A stretch of 63,089 nt of DNA, counting the filler, from Actinomycetales bacterium (lineage in GTDB: Bacteria > Actinomycetota > Actinomycetes > Actinomycetales > CAVURS01), in the NCBI GenBank assembly GCA_045807245.1. It is 5 parts of 5 records of this genome, joined end to end, with 100 filler letters (N's around TTAATTAATTAA, not from the genome) between each part and the next. Parts side by side here need not be neighbours in the genome. Positions count along the whole stretch, not along the records: positions 45,434 to 59,602 come from JBJMHS010000016.1; positions 59,703 to 61,363 come from JBJMHS010000020.1; 3 more parts are not named here. One strand, 5' to 3'. Each line of letters begins with the position of its first letter. Position 1 is the first letter of the stretch. Position numbers and translations under genes: made by a program. The notes under the pieces were generated by a model. The model ran no database searches. It was not told the origin of the DNA and worked only from the letters and a program-made list of their open reading frames with translations. Positions 49,964 through 59,703 of this stretch are shown one piece after another.

Positions 49964-51540
49964 CGCACGTCCGCGATCATGTGCGGCGGGTTGTGCAGGT
50001 AGGTGATCGACGGCGACCGGCCGACCGTGTGCGAGACCATCTCCAGGGCATCCGTCAGCGACGACGCCGCCCGGAAGCCCATCCGCTCGACGGCCCGGCG
50101 GTCCGCCCCCACCCAGACGACGTCGTCGACGTGGTCCATCGCGTGGGCCGCCCAGTACCACATGTAGAAGGGGTGCACGCCGTGGTACGCGTGCGATGTC
50201 CGGTACAGGTGCACGTACCACGGGTCGGTGGCGTACTGCGCCTCGAACTTCGCCTCGATGGTCGCCGGGTCGGTCGACTCGGCGAGCACCTCCTCGTAGA
50301 AGTCGACGTAGCTCGGGTGGTGCAGCTGGTGGAAGTCCGGCTCGACCGGGTGGTACAGGATCACCGCGCCACCACGCCGTACGACCGGCTGCCCGCGGTA
50401 GGAGTTGAAGTAGTAGCCCAGGCCCATGCAGGTCGCCAGGATCGGGTTCATGATCGAGTTGACGTTGTACGGGCCCAGGTATGGCACGCCCAGGACGAGT
50501 ACGTCGGACTGTCCCTGCACCTCGACGAGCTGCTGCTTGTGCACCATCTCGATGGTCTTCTCGTGCACGGCCTCGACCTCACCGGCCTGCACCCCAGTCA
50601 GTCCATAGGACGACCGGATGCTCTGGAATACGTTGTGCCGCAAGCGTTTCGGCGATGCCGCCAGTGCCCGTCGAGCCGCGAGCATCGAGGCCTGGTCCTT
50701 GATCGACCACTCCCACTCACGCTTCATCAAGAACTTGTACGGCGAGGGGAACACGTCGTTGTTGAAGGTCGTCTCGATCTGGAAGACCTTCACGTGGTCG
50801 GCCAGCAGCCGGCCCATGCGCCAGGCCGAGGCGTGCAGGTGGCTGCGCGTGTGGTCCATGAACGAGTGCGACGCGACCATGGTCTTGCTGTTGTGGTGAT
50901 GCCGCAGCGAGTTGTACGACGCGAGGCCGATCGCCGCTGACTTGTGGCCGCCGTCCATCGCGACCAGGTTCACGTTGACGTAGACGATGAGGTCGGACTC
51001 GGCCGCGCGCTTGGAGATCTCGACGTCCTCGCCGCGGTCGGTCAGGCCGAGGTTGACCAGGTTCGCGTGGTCCTCGGCGTCGAAGTTGTACAGCGCTCCC
51101 TGAGGGTAGAACGAGCGGAACACGCGCTCGCCGACGATGTGCTTCAGCTCGTCCGCGGTGAGGCGCCGGTGCAGCGCGTTGGCCGAGATCAGCTCGACGT
51201 CGTCGACTCCGGCGTCGGCCGCCATCACCAGAACGGCCTCGATGATCCGCTGTCGGATGTCCGGCGCGGCCATGGGCGGCAACGGGATCGAGATGTCATC
51301 GAAGGCGATGGTCAGCTTCATGCCGGCCCGGAGCAGGGCGGGCAGGGGTTCGCTGTCGATCGGCGAGAGCAGCGCCTCGCGGATGGCTCCGTCGACGTCG
51401 CGGATGGGCGGGAGCGCCTCCGTCGGGTACACGACTCGTGTCCCGCGCGGGAAGGTCTCCAGTCGGAAGCCCTCACCCTCGTGCACGACCAGCGGTGGCG
51501 TCCGGTCGTCCACCTCCAGAACGAAACCCGGACGGCTCAC
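49960..51540 (-). CDS. Lactate racemase (LarA/DUF2088) domain protein
   Basis: AFDDISIP, ANALHRRLT, GGHKS, PVVRRGGAVI. Confidence 0.8.
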   Translation of the reverse strand: MSRPGFVLEVDDRTPPLVVHEGEGFRLETFPRGTRVVYPTEALPPIRDVDGAIREALLSPIDSEPLPALLRAGMKLTIAFDDISIPLPPMAAPDIRQRIIEAVLVMAADAGVDDVELISANALHRRLTADELKHIVGERVFRSFYPQGALYNFDAEDHANLVNLGLTDRGEDVEISKRAAESDLIVYVNVNLVAMDGGHKSAAIGLASYNSLRHHHNSKTMVASHSFMDHTRSHLHASAWRMGRLLADHVKVFQIETTFNNDVFPSPYKFLMKREWEWSIKDQASMLAARRALAASPKRLRHNVFQSIRSSYGLTGVQAGEVEAVHEKTIEMVHKQQLVEVQGQSDVLVLGVPYLGPYNVNSIMNPILATCMGLGYYFNSYRGQPVVRRGGAVILYHPVEPDFHQLHHPSYVDFYEEVLAESTDPATIEAKFEAQYATDPWYVHLYRTSHAYHGVHPFYMWYWAAHAMDHVDDVVWVGADRRAVERMGFRAASSLTDALEMVSHTVGRSPSITYLHNPPHMIADVR

Positions 51541-51577
51541 GGCGTGCTCCTCGTAGGTCGGGTGACGGCGCGTCGGG

Positions 51578-52783
51578 TCATGACGTCGACCGTACGTCGA
51601 AACAGATCTTCACACTGCCGAGGCGGCCCGCGGACTGCGCGTGGTCGAGGGCCTCCCGCCAGCGGTGCAGGGGGTAACGGCCGGCGACCACGCCGTCCAG
51701 GGGGGCGTGCCCCGCGAGCGCCATCGCCGTGGCGAAGTCCTCGCCCCGGGCGGCGTAGGTGCCGGCGACCTCGAGCTCGCGGAACCACGCAGGCGACAGG
51801 TCGGCGCCGGTCGACGGCATGCCGGACAGTACGACCCGGCCGCCCGCCCGGGTAGCACGCAGGGCCAGGTCGAGTGACGACGTCGAACCGACGGCGTCGA
51901 CGGCGACATCGACCCCACCCAGGAGCAGCTCACCCGCGGCGCGCACGACCGGGCCGGGCAGGCCCGCCGTCGCGGGCTTGAGCGCCCGGGTCGCCCGCCG
52001 CACGGCCCGTAGGGCTTCGTCCGGCACCGCGACGTCCGTCGCGCCGAAGGCTCGGGCCAGGTCTCGCTGGGCGGGGTGCTTGGCAACCACCGTGATCCGG
52101 CCGGCCTGGGTCAGCTCCCGTAGGGCCAGGGTCGCGAACAGCCCCACCGCACCCGCGCCGGACACCAGCACATGCCCACCCGGCGGCACCTGGGCGCGGC
52201 GAGCGAGCTGGACGGCACAGGCCAGCGGCTCCACGAGCACGGCGCGCTCGTCGGGCAGGTCGTCCGGCACGGGGTGCAGCTGCGAGCGGTGGGCGACCAT
52301 CTCCTCGCCCCAGCCGCCTCCGGTGTCCGCGCAGAACCCGGTCTGCAGGCCCGGAGCCACGTGCCCGACCGTGATCCGGTCGCACAGGTTGGTCCGCCCG
52401 GCCGTGCACTGGTCGCAGGGGTCCAAACCCCTTGCGGCACAGGCGAGTACCGGTTCGAGGACGACGCGCGTTCCCTTCGGCAGGTCGACGCAGTCCTCCG
52501 CCAGCGTGCCCACCAGCTCGTGTCCTGGGACGAACGGCATGGACGCCAGAGCGGCGAAGTACAGCGACGTGGAGCCCGTGATGACCCCGAGGTCCGAGCC
52601 GCAGATGCCGGCCAGCGACGGGCGGACCCGGGCCCAACCGCTGTGCCGCACGCGCGGCTCCTCGCGGGTCAGCAGCCGGACCGGAGCCATCGGGCCGACC
52701 AGCAGCCCGGGCAGCCGGCCGCCGATCGCCTTGGCCGCGGTGTAGCGGGACATGGAACGGTAGATCTCCAGTGCGAGCATCAT
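51578..52783 (-). CDS. Zinc-dependent medium-chain dehydrogenase
   Basis: GICGSD, PGHE, structural Cys cluster, GAGAVG; ATGA-coupled to upstream gene. Confidence 0.9.
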   Translation of the reverse strand: MMLALEIYRSMSRYTAAKAIGGRLPGLLVGPMAPVRLLTREEPRVRHSGWARVRPSLAGICGSDLGVITGSTSLYFAALASMPFVPGHELVGTLAEDCVDLPKGTRVVLEPVLACAARGLDPCDQCTAGRTNLCDRITVGHVAPGLQTGFCADTGGGWGEEMVAHRSQLHPVPDDLPDERAVLVEPLACAVQLARRAQVPPGGHVLVSGAGAVGLFATLALRELTQAGRITVVAKHPAQRDLARAFGATDVAVPDEALRAVRRATRALKPATAGLPGPVVRAAGELLLGGVDVAVDAVGSTSSLDLALRATRAGGRVVLSGMPSTGADLSPAWFRELEVAGTYAARGEDFATAMALAGHAPLDGVVAGRYPLHRWREALDHAQSAGRLGSVKICFDVRSTS

Positions 52784-55113
52784 GGCGCCGCCACCTTCTG
52801 GGCCGGGCTCCGCCCCGGCAGGTCGCCGCGGGACGACGCCTCGGCCGACCGCCACAGCTCGACCGGCCAGCGCACCCGCCGGGCCTCGCGCCACAGCGGC
52901 ACGTCCGGCGAGATGGCGGTGGGCAGGCCCACGGCGCGCAGCATCGGCAGGTCGGAGTAGCTGTCGGCGTACGCGAACGAGCGCGACAGGTCGTAGCCGC
53001 TCAGCTGCGCGTACCGGCGCAGCCAGGCCGCCCGGGCCTCGCCCACGAGCGGCGGTGAGGCCAGGAAGCCGGTCGCCAGCCCCCGCTCGTCCACCGCGAG
53101 GTCGGCCGCGACGATCTCGTCGAAGAGCGGCGCCAGGGGCCGCGTGAGCGGCCGGACCGCACCGGTCAGCAGCAGCGTCCGGTGGCCGGCCTCGCGATGC
53201 TCGCGCACCCGGCGTACAGCAGCGGCGCTCAGCCGCTCCAGCACGTGCGGCGCGAGCACGTCGTCCGCCAGCCGGTCCAGCTCGGCCAGGTCCGCGCCCT
53301 TGTACCGGCGGTAGACGGCGCGCAGCAGGCCACCGCGGTCGCGCCGCTCGGCCTGGATGTACGACGGCATGCGCCGCAGCAGCTGGGAGACCTCGCGGGC
53401 CTTCGCCATCCGGTTCAGCTCCGGCAGCCGCATCCACAGGTAGCTCTCGATGATGTTGCTGCTCATCAACGTGCCGTCGAGGTCGAACACCGCGAGCACG
53501 CCCTCGGACTCCGCGGAGCCCGGCGAGCCGTCGATCCGGCGCCGCGTCGGGCCGCTGGAGGCGTTGCGGCGCTTGCGGATCACGTCGTACTTGCGCACCG
53601 GCTCGGTCACCGACGGGAAGTGGACCTCGCCCAGGTAGTACGGCCAGTCGAAGTCGGCGGTGTCGAAGCCGAAGACGTCACGGTCCGCGTCGTCGAGCGA
53701 GCGGTGCAGCGCGAGGGTGTTGTCGTCGACGAAATGGAGCTCGGCGACCGCGTACGCGCGGTAGAGGTCGAGGTAGCGGCGCAGGAAGTCCAGCCGCCGC
53801 TTCTGCCGGTCCAGGTCGCGCGCCAGCTCGCGGACCCGGTCCGAACGAGGCGCCAGACCGAGGGCCCGGTCAGCGATCCGGTGGGCGCGTTCGCCTTGCA
53901 CGAGAAGGCGTTCCACCTTCTCCGCGCCCGGCCAGCGCCAGCTCGGCAGCCGGACCGCGCCCCGCTCGTCCATGTCGAACGGGTGGTGGTCGAAGTACCC
54001 GCGCACGAGGTCGTACAGCTGACGGAACGGCAGGGGGTTGCGCGCTCCCGACGACACGTGGAAGTACGCGACCTCGCCGGGCGTCGGCTCCGTCGTCGTG
54101 ACCGCGATCATGGCGCCGACGACGTGGTCGACCGGGACGATGTCGACCACCGAGTCGGGCGCCGCCGGGAACTCGGGCAGCTCGCCCCGGCCGAAGGCCA
54201 GGATGAGCGGCTCGGCCATCTTGAAGCCCTCGATCCAGCCCGGGTACGGCGTGCGCAGCGCGGACTCGATGATGCTCGGCCGGACGATCGTGACCGGCTT
54301 GGGCGCACCCTCGCCGCGGGCGTGCTCCTCGACGACGCGCTCGCCCATGGCCTTGGTGAACGTGTAGACGTCGGTCCAGCCGAGGGTGCGGGCGCGCTCG
54401 CGACCGGCTTCCTTCTGCTGGTCCGTGACCCAGGTCCGTCGGCGTGACTCGGCGTCGGCGGCAGCGGTCAGCGGCCCGGCCCGGCCGTGCTCGCGCTCGG
54501 ACTGGCTGAGCAGCTGCTTGAGCACCTTGGGCGATCGCGACCCGTCCTCGATCCGCTGGGCCAGCCGCCGCCCGGCCTCGGCCTCCTCGCGCCAGTCGAC
54601 CGTGTGGTCGCTCGGGCCCTCGGGGACGGGTCCGCGGCGGCGACCGCCGACGTACGCCGTCGAGACGTGCACGTAGTGGACCGGCGGCGCGCCCCTGTCG
54701 GCCCGCCGCTGGTCGACCTCGGTGACCCGCTCGAGCAGCCGCCGTACGCCGAGCACGTTCGTCTCGAACGCCTCCTGGATCGGAGGGTCGAACGACACGT
54801 CGCCCGCGCAGTGGACCAGGATGTCGACGTCCGGCAGCTCGGGGATCTCGCTCAGGTCGCCCTCGAGCACCTCGACCCGCTGCATGAGTGCGTCGACGCC
54901 CCCGGCCAGCTCCGCGCTCTCGCTGTAGATCGGCTTGGCGAGCAGCCCGGCGATGCGGTCGCGGCCCGGCTGGCCGCTCTTCGGCCGCACCAGCAGGACC
55001 GGGGTCACGCCCGGTACGTCGTGCAGCAGGCGATGCAGCAACGCCTCGCCCACGAACCCGGTGACGCCCGTGATGAGCACCCGGCGGCCGTCCAGCCGCT
55101 CGGCTATCCGCAC
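52780..55113 (-). CDS. Fatty acyl-CoA reductase (male-sterility/NAD_binding_4) fused to HAD-IB phosphatase domain
   Basis: TGVTGFVG, HVSTAYV, YTFTK, RPSIIES, PGWIEG; C-terminal FDLDGTL..AYADSYSDLPML; GTG 55113 with ggagg RBS. Confidence 0.88.
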   Translation of the reverse strand: MRIAERLDGRRVLITGVTGFVGEALLHRLLHDVPGVTPVLLVRPKSGQPGRDRIAGLLAKPIYSESAELAGGVDALMQRVEVLEGDLSEIPELPDVDILVHCAGDVSFDPPIQEAFETNVLGVRRLLERVTEVDQRRADRGAPPVHYVHVSTAYVGGRRRGPVPEGPSDHTVDWREEAEAGRRLAQRIEDGSRSPKVLKQLLSQSEREHGRAGPLTAAADAESRRRTWVTDQQKEAGRERARTLGWTDVYTFTKAMGERVVEEHARGEGAPKPVTIVRPSIIESALRTPYPGWIEGFKMAEPLILAFGRGELPEFPAAPDSVVDIVPVDHVVGAMIAVTTTEPTPGEVAYFHVSSGARNPLPFRQLYDLVRGYFDHHPFDMDERGAVRLPSWRWPGAEKVERLLVQGERAHRIADRALGLAPRSDRVRELARDLDRQKRRLDFLRRYLDLYRAYAVAELHFVDDNTLALHRSLDDADRDVFGFDTADFDWPYYLGEVHFPSVTEPVRKYDVIRKRRNASSGPTRRRIDGSPGSAESEGVLAVFDLDGTLMSSNIIESYLWMRLPELNRMAKAREVSQLLRRMPSYIQAERRDRGGLLRAVYRRYKGADLAELDRLADDVLAPHVLERLSAAAVRRVREHREAGHRTLLLTGAVRPLTRPLAPLFDEIVAADLAVDERGLATGFLASPPLVGEARAAWLRRYAQLSGYDLSRSFAYADSYSDLPMLRAVGLPTAISPDVPLWREARRVRWPVELWRSAEASSRGDLPGRSPAQKVAAP

Positions 55114-55260
55114 CCGTCCTCCAGCCCCGACGTACGTGTTCCGACCCACCTCGGGCCTTCTGCGGTCTCGTTCAGCGGCCCGCAACGCGCACGTCACGGA
55201 CCTCGGCATCCAACCACTTCGGAGCGCGGCGCCGCGCGGTCGGGTCGCGCGAGGCCGACG

Positions 55261-55330
55261 CGCTCTGCTGTGAGTCCTCCGGGACTCACATCGCTCTGCT
55301 CTGAGTCGCCCGGCGGGTCACAGCAGAGCG
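55261..55330. repeat. Composite direct/inverted repeat element
   Basis: 13-bp terminal inverted repeat, 16-bp direct repeat at 31-bp period, inner 9-bp hairpin. Confidence 0.7.
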
Positions 55331-55392
55331 AGATCTCCGGCATCACCGAGGCAGACCTGGACAGAGGGCACATCCGGGCGCACGATGGCGAG

Positions 55393-55581
55393 ATGGCACG
55401 CCGAGCCCGACGACGCCGCGGCCGGTCCGACCGGATCGTGGCGGCAATCATGCGTGGACGCTGGGACGACGGTCCCGAGGGCGGACCGGGCACCGCGGGT
55501 GTCCGAGAGCCGCGCCGACCCAAGCCGTCGCCGTCGTCGATGCAGGCAGCGCTCCCGGAGCCGGTCGGCGCGCCCCGCTAG
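55393..55581 (+). CDS. Small hypothetical protein, 62 aa
   Basis: GPGTAGVREPRRPKP motif; ends 3 nt from convergent gene stop. Confidence 0.45.
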   Translation: MARRARRRRGRSDRIVAAIMRGRWDDGPEGGPGTAGVREPRRPKPSPSSMQAALPEPVGAPR

Positions 55582-55584
55582 CAG

Positions 55585-56364
55585 CTAGACCAGTTCCACG
55601 AGGTCGGCGATGGACGGCACCACCCGGCTCGGCCGGTACGGGAACCGGTCAACCTCCTCCGGACGGGTCGACCCGGTGAGCACCAGCACGGTGCGCATGC
55701 CGGCCTCGAGCCCGGACACCACGTCGGTGTCCATGCGGTCGCCGACCATGACGGAGGTCTCCGAGTGGGCCTCGATCCGGTTCAGCGCGCTCCGCATCAT
55801 CAGCGGGTTCGGCTTGCCCACGAAGTACGGCGCGACACCGGTCGCCTTGGTGATGAGGGCGGCCACGGAGCCGGTTGCGGGCATCGGGCCGTCGGGCGAC
55901 GGCCCGGTGACGTCCGGGTTCGTCGCGATGAACCGGGCTCCGAGCTCGATCAGCCGGATCGCCGTCGTGATCGCCTCGAACGAGTAGGTCCTGGTCTCAC
56001 CGAGCACGACATAGTCCGGGTTGCGCTGGGTCAGGACGTAGCCGACCTCGTGCAGGGCCGTCGTGAGCCCGGCCTCACCGATGACGTACGCCGAGCCGTG
56101 GGCCCGCTGGTCGGTGAGGAACTGGGCCGTCGCGAGGGCCGATGTCCAGATGTTCTGCTCGGGTACGTCCAGGCCGCTCGCCAGCAGGCGGGCCCGCAGG
56201 TCGCGGGGGGTGAAGATCGAGTTGTTGGTCAGGACCAGGAAGGTACGGCCACGGTCGACCAGCCGGGCCAGGAACTCGGCCGCCCCGGGCACGGCCCGCT
56301 CCTCGTGCACGAGCACGCCGTCCATGTCGGTCAGCCAGCTCTCGATCGGACTGTCGTCGGTCAT
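55585..56364 (-). CDS. HAD-IIA (NagD-like) hydrolase
   Basis: [27 protein letters not shown]. Confidence 0.93.
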   Translation of the reverse strand: MTDDSPIESWLTDMDGVLVHEERAVPGAAEFLARLVDRGRTFLVLTNNSIFTPRDLRARLLASGLDVPEQNIWTSALATAQFLTDQRAHGSAYVIGEAGLTTALHEVGYVLTQRNPDYVVLGETRTYSFEAITTAIRLIELGARFIATNPDVTGPSPDGPMPATGSVAALITKATGVAPYFVGKPNPLMMRSALNRIEAHSETSVMVGDRMDTDVVSGLEAGMRTVLVLTGSTRPEEVDRFPYRPSRVVPSIADLVELV

Positions 56365-56482
56365 ACCTCCATGCTCCCAGCCCGATGTTTCACGACCGGT
56401 TGCACGTGGAAGGATCGGAGCCGAACGCCCACGAAACCCGAGCCGCCCCGAGAAGCAACCCCGCGCCGCGCAGGAGGTCCCG

Positions 56483-57511
56483 ATGCCCATCGCCACGCCC
56501 GAGGTGTACGCCGAGATGCTGGACCGGGCGCGCGACGGCTCGTACGCGTTCCCAGCGATCAACGTGTCCTCCAGCCAGACCCTCATCGCGGCGGTCCAGG
56601 GGTTCGCCGAGGCCGAGAGCGACGGCATCGTGCAGGTCAGCACCGGCGGCGCGGAGTACCTGTCCGGCTCGACCGTGAAGGACATGGTCGCGGGCTCCCT
56701 CGCGCTCGCGGCGTACGCACACGAGGTGGCCAAGAACTTCCCGGTCAACATCGCGCTGCACACCGACCACTGCCCCAAGGACAAGCTCGACGGCTTCGTG
56801 CGCCCGCTGCTGGCGGCCAGCACCGAACGGGTCCAGGCCGGCGGGCTGCCGTACTTCCAGAGCCACATGTGGGACGGGTCCGCCGTACCGCTCGACGAGA
56901 ACCTGCAGATCGCGACCGACCTGCTGGCCAAGGCCGCGGCCGCCAAGGTGATCCTCGAGATCGAGGTCGGTGTCGTGGGCGGTGAGGAGGACGGCGTCGA
57001 GGGCAAGATCGACGAGAAGCTGTACACCACACCGGAGGACGCCGTCGCGACCATGGACGCGCTGGGCCTGGGCGAGCGTGGGCGGTACATGACCGCGTTG
57101 ACGTTCGGCAACGTGCACGGCGTCTACAAGCCGGGCAACGTCAAGCTGCGCCCGGAGATCCTCAAACAGGCTCAGGCCGCCGTCGCGCAGAAGGCCGGGC
57201 TGCCCGAGGGCAGCAAGCCGCTGCTGCTGGTCTTCCACGGCGGGTCGGGGTCGCTGGCGGAGGAGATCAGCGCGGCCGTCGACTACGGCGTCGTGAAGAT
57301 GAACGTGGACACCGACACCCAGTACGCCTTCACCCGGCCGGTCGCCGGACACATGTTCGCCAACTACGACGGCGTGCTGAAGGTCGACGGCGAGGTCGGC
57401 AACAAGAAGGCCTACGACCCGCGCGCGTGGGGCAAGGCCGCCGAGGCCGGCATGGCCGCCCGGGTGGTCCAGGCCTGCCAGAACCTCCGCAGCGCCGGCC
57501 ACAAGCTCTGA
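56483..57511 (+). CDS. fbaA: Class II fructose-bisphosphate aldolase
   Basis: [44 protein letters not shown]. Confidence 0.97.
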   Translation: MPIATPEVYAEMLDRARDGSYAFPAINVSSSQTLIAAVQGFAEAESDGIVQVSTGGAEYLSGSTVKDMVAGSLALAAYAHEVAKNFPVNIALHTDHCPKDKLDGFVRPLLAASTERVQAGGLPYFQSHMWDGSAVPLDENLQIATDLLAKAAAAKVILEIEVGVVGGEEDGVEGKIDEKLYTTPEDAVATMDALGLGERGRYMTALTFGNVHGVYKPGNVKLRPEILKQAQAAVAQKAGLPEGSKPLLLVFHGGSGSLAEEISAAVDYGVVKMNVDTDTQYAFTRPVAGHMFANYDGVLKVDGEVGNKKAYDPRAWGKAAEAGMAARVVQACQNLRSAGHKL

Positions 57512-57557
57512 GGACGTCGACCGTGGTCGGACAGCGCGGACGCGAGGCGGTACGCCG

Positions 57558-57974
57558 ATGAGCCAGCACCAGAACCTGCTGGGTCCCGAGCCCACCCTGC
57601 TCCCGGACGACGGCGAGATCCGCGCCGCACTTGCCTCCGGCACCAGCCCGACGGAGGTCGCGGCGGCGCACCCAGCGGCTCTGCTGCCGTGGGCCGAGCT
57701 GGCCGAAGGAGCGCTGGCGGAGGGCCGTTTCGTGCAGGGCTACGCCTATGCCCGGGTGGGCTACCACCGTGGCCTGGACGCGTTGCGCCGCAGCGGCTGG
57801 CGGGGCCAGGGACCGGTGCCGTGGGAGCACGAGCCCAACCGGGGCTTCCTGCGCTCGCTCAACGCGCTGGGCCGCGCGGCCGCGGCCATCGGCGAGACCG
57901 ACGAGGCCGAGCGGTGCCGGCAGTTCTTGCAGGACTCCAGCCCCACGGCAGCGGCGGAGCTGCCCCAGACCTGA
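57558..57974 (+). CDS. DUF3151 family protein
   Basis: YAYARVGYHRGLD.LRR.GW.G.GPVPWEHEPNRGFLR. Confidence 0.92.
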   Translation: MSQHQNLLGPEPTLLPDDGEIRAALASGTSPTEVAAAHPAALLPWAELAEGALAEGRFVQGYAYARVGYHRGLDALRRSGWRGQGPVPWEHEPNRGFLRSLNALGRAAAAIGETDEAERCRQFLQDSSPTAAAELPQT

Positions 57975-58232
57975 GCGCGCGCCCGCTGTGCCGGCTGCTG
58001 CCGTTGGTGCGGTTGGTGCGAGGTGCAGGGGCGGGGTGGGGGCCGGTACGGGTGCACCGAGCCGACCGCCCACCCCAGCGCCTGTCCCGTGACGAAGCCC
58101 TGACGTCGACCGGGCGGCGCTGCCGCCGCCCCTGACGTCCCCTGCGGCGTAGGAGGGCGGCTCCGCGGATCATGCCCAACGCGCGGCCTGGTTGTCTGGC
58201 CCAAAAAGGACATTGACCCTAACCTGCCAAAC

Positions 58233-58940
58233 ATGCCATTCGTCAGTGGCGCGAACGATGACCGGCTCCTGCTCGAGGAGGAGTCCGCCCGGCTCGAGGC
58301 ACGCCAGCGGGAGCTCCATGACGCCCGTGCGTCCGTCTACCGGGACGCGGTCCGGGACAGTGTCGGGCCCGTGCGGGTGGTCGTCCTGACGATCGGCACC
58401 GCAGTCGGCCACGACGACGCCTTGGTCCAGTGGGTCCAGGCGGAGGTCGCCGGCGGCCGGGAGATGCGCACGATCTACCCCTCCTCGTTCCTCCAGGACG
58501 GCCACTCGCAAGAAGCGTCGTGGATCCGCACCTGGGCCGAGGTTGGGGAGCAGCAGCGCCTGATGGAGGAGGTCCCGCACCCGTTCGCCGTGTTCGGTGC
58601 CGACCTGGTGCTCTCCTCCACGAGCTGGGGTGCCGCCTCGCCGGACCTGCTGGCGATCCGGTCGGCCGTCGTCGTACCGGCGTTCATCGCCCTGTTCGAA
58701 CAGCTCTGGCGCTCTGCCCTGCCGATGCCCCGGACCCGCCAGGACGGCACCGACGACCGGTTGGTCGCGATGCTCGCGTCGGGCCTGAAGGACGAGGCGA
58801 TCGCGCGCTACCTCGGGGTGAGCCTGCGGACGGTACGGCGCCGGGTCGCCTCGCTGATGGAGGAGCACGACGTACAGACCAGGTTCCAGCTCGGCCTGGC
58901 GGCCGAGCGCCGCGGCCTGCTGCCTGCCGAGCCGAGCTGA
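58233..58940 (+). CDS. LuxR-type C-terminal HTH regulator
   Basis: [32 protein letters not shown]. Confidence 0.8.
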   Translation: MPFVSGANDDRLLLEEESARLEARQRELHDARASVYRDAVRDSVGPVRVVVLTIGTAVGHDDALVQWVQAEVAGGREMRTIYPSSFLQDGHSQEASWIRTWAEVGEQQRLMEEVPHPFAVFGADLVLSSTSWGAASPDLLAIRSAVVVPAFIALFEQLWRSALPMPRTRQDGTDDRLVAMLASGLKDEAIARYLGVSLRTVRRRVASLMEEHDVQTRFQLGLAAERRGLLPAEPS

Positions 58941-59020
58941 GCGCCCGGTCTGGCACCGCCCAGCCGGAGCCGCCCGGTACCCTCGGTCCGGCTTTGCACC
59001 CGAGACGAAGGCGGACGACC

Positions 59021-59602
59021 ATGCCGGCGGTCGTGCTCGTCGGGGCCCAGTGGGGCGACGAAGGCAAGGGCAAGGCCACTGACCTGCTCGGCCATCGGGT
59101 CCAGTACGTCGTGAAGTTCAACGGCGGCAACAACGCGGGCCACACCGTCGTCATCGGTGACGAGAAGTACGCCCTGCACCTGCTGCCGTCGGGCATCCTC
59201 ACCCCGGGGTGCATCCCGGTCATCGGCAACGGCGTCGTCGTCGACCTCGAGGTGCTGTTCCGGGAGATCGACGGCCTCGAGGCACGCGGCGTGGACACGT
59301 CGCGGCTCGTCGTGAGCGCCGGTGCCCACGTGATCGCCGAGTACAACCGGGTGCTCGACAAGGTGACCGAACGCTTCCTCGGCTCGCGCCGGATAGGTAC
59401 GACGGGCCGCGGCATCGGGCCCACGTACGCCGACAAGATGAACCGGGTCGGCGTACGCATCCAGGATCTGTTCGACGAGGGCATCCTGCGGCAGAAGGTC
59501 GAGGGCGCGCTCGACCTGAAGAACCAGATCCTGGCCAAGGTGTACAACCGCCGCGCGGTCTCGCTCGAGGAGGTGGTCGGGGAGCTGCTGTCGTACGCCG
59601 AC
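59021..59602 (+). CDS. purA: Adenylosuccinate synthetase, 3'-truncated
   Basis: [29 protein letters not shown]. Confidence 0.97.
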
Positions 59603-59702
59603 NNNNNNNNNNNNNNNNNNNNNNNNNNNNNNNNNNNNNNNNNNNNTTAATTAATTAANNNNNNNNNNNNNNNNNNNNNNNNNNNNNNNNNNNNNNNNNN
59701 NN
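59603..59702. other. Artificial contig spacer
   Basis: N-run with TTAATTAATTAA. Confidence 0.99.
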
Positions 59703-59703
59703 G

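Noticed and set aside
55585..57511. NagD-like HAD and fbaA as members of the lipid pathway
   Set aside because: Ordinary housekeeping neighbourhood, not coupled to the operon.
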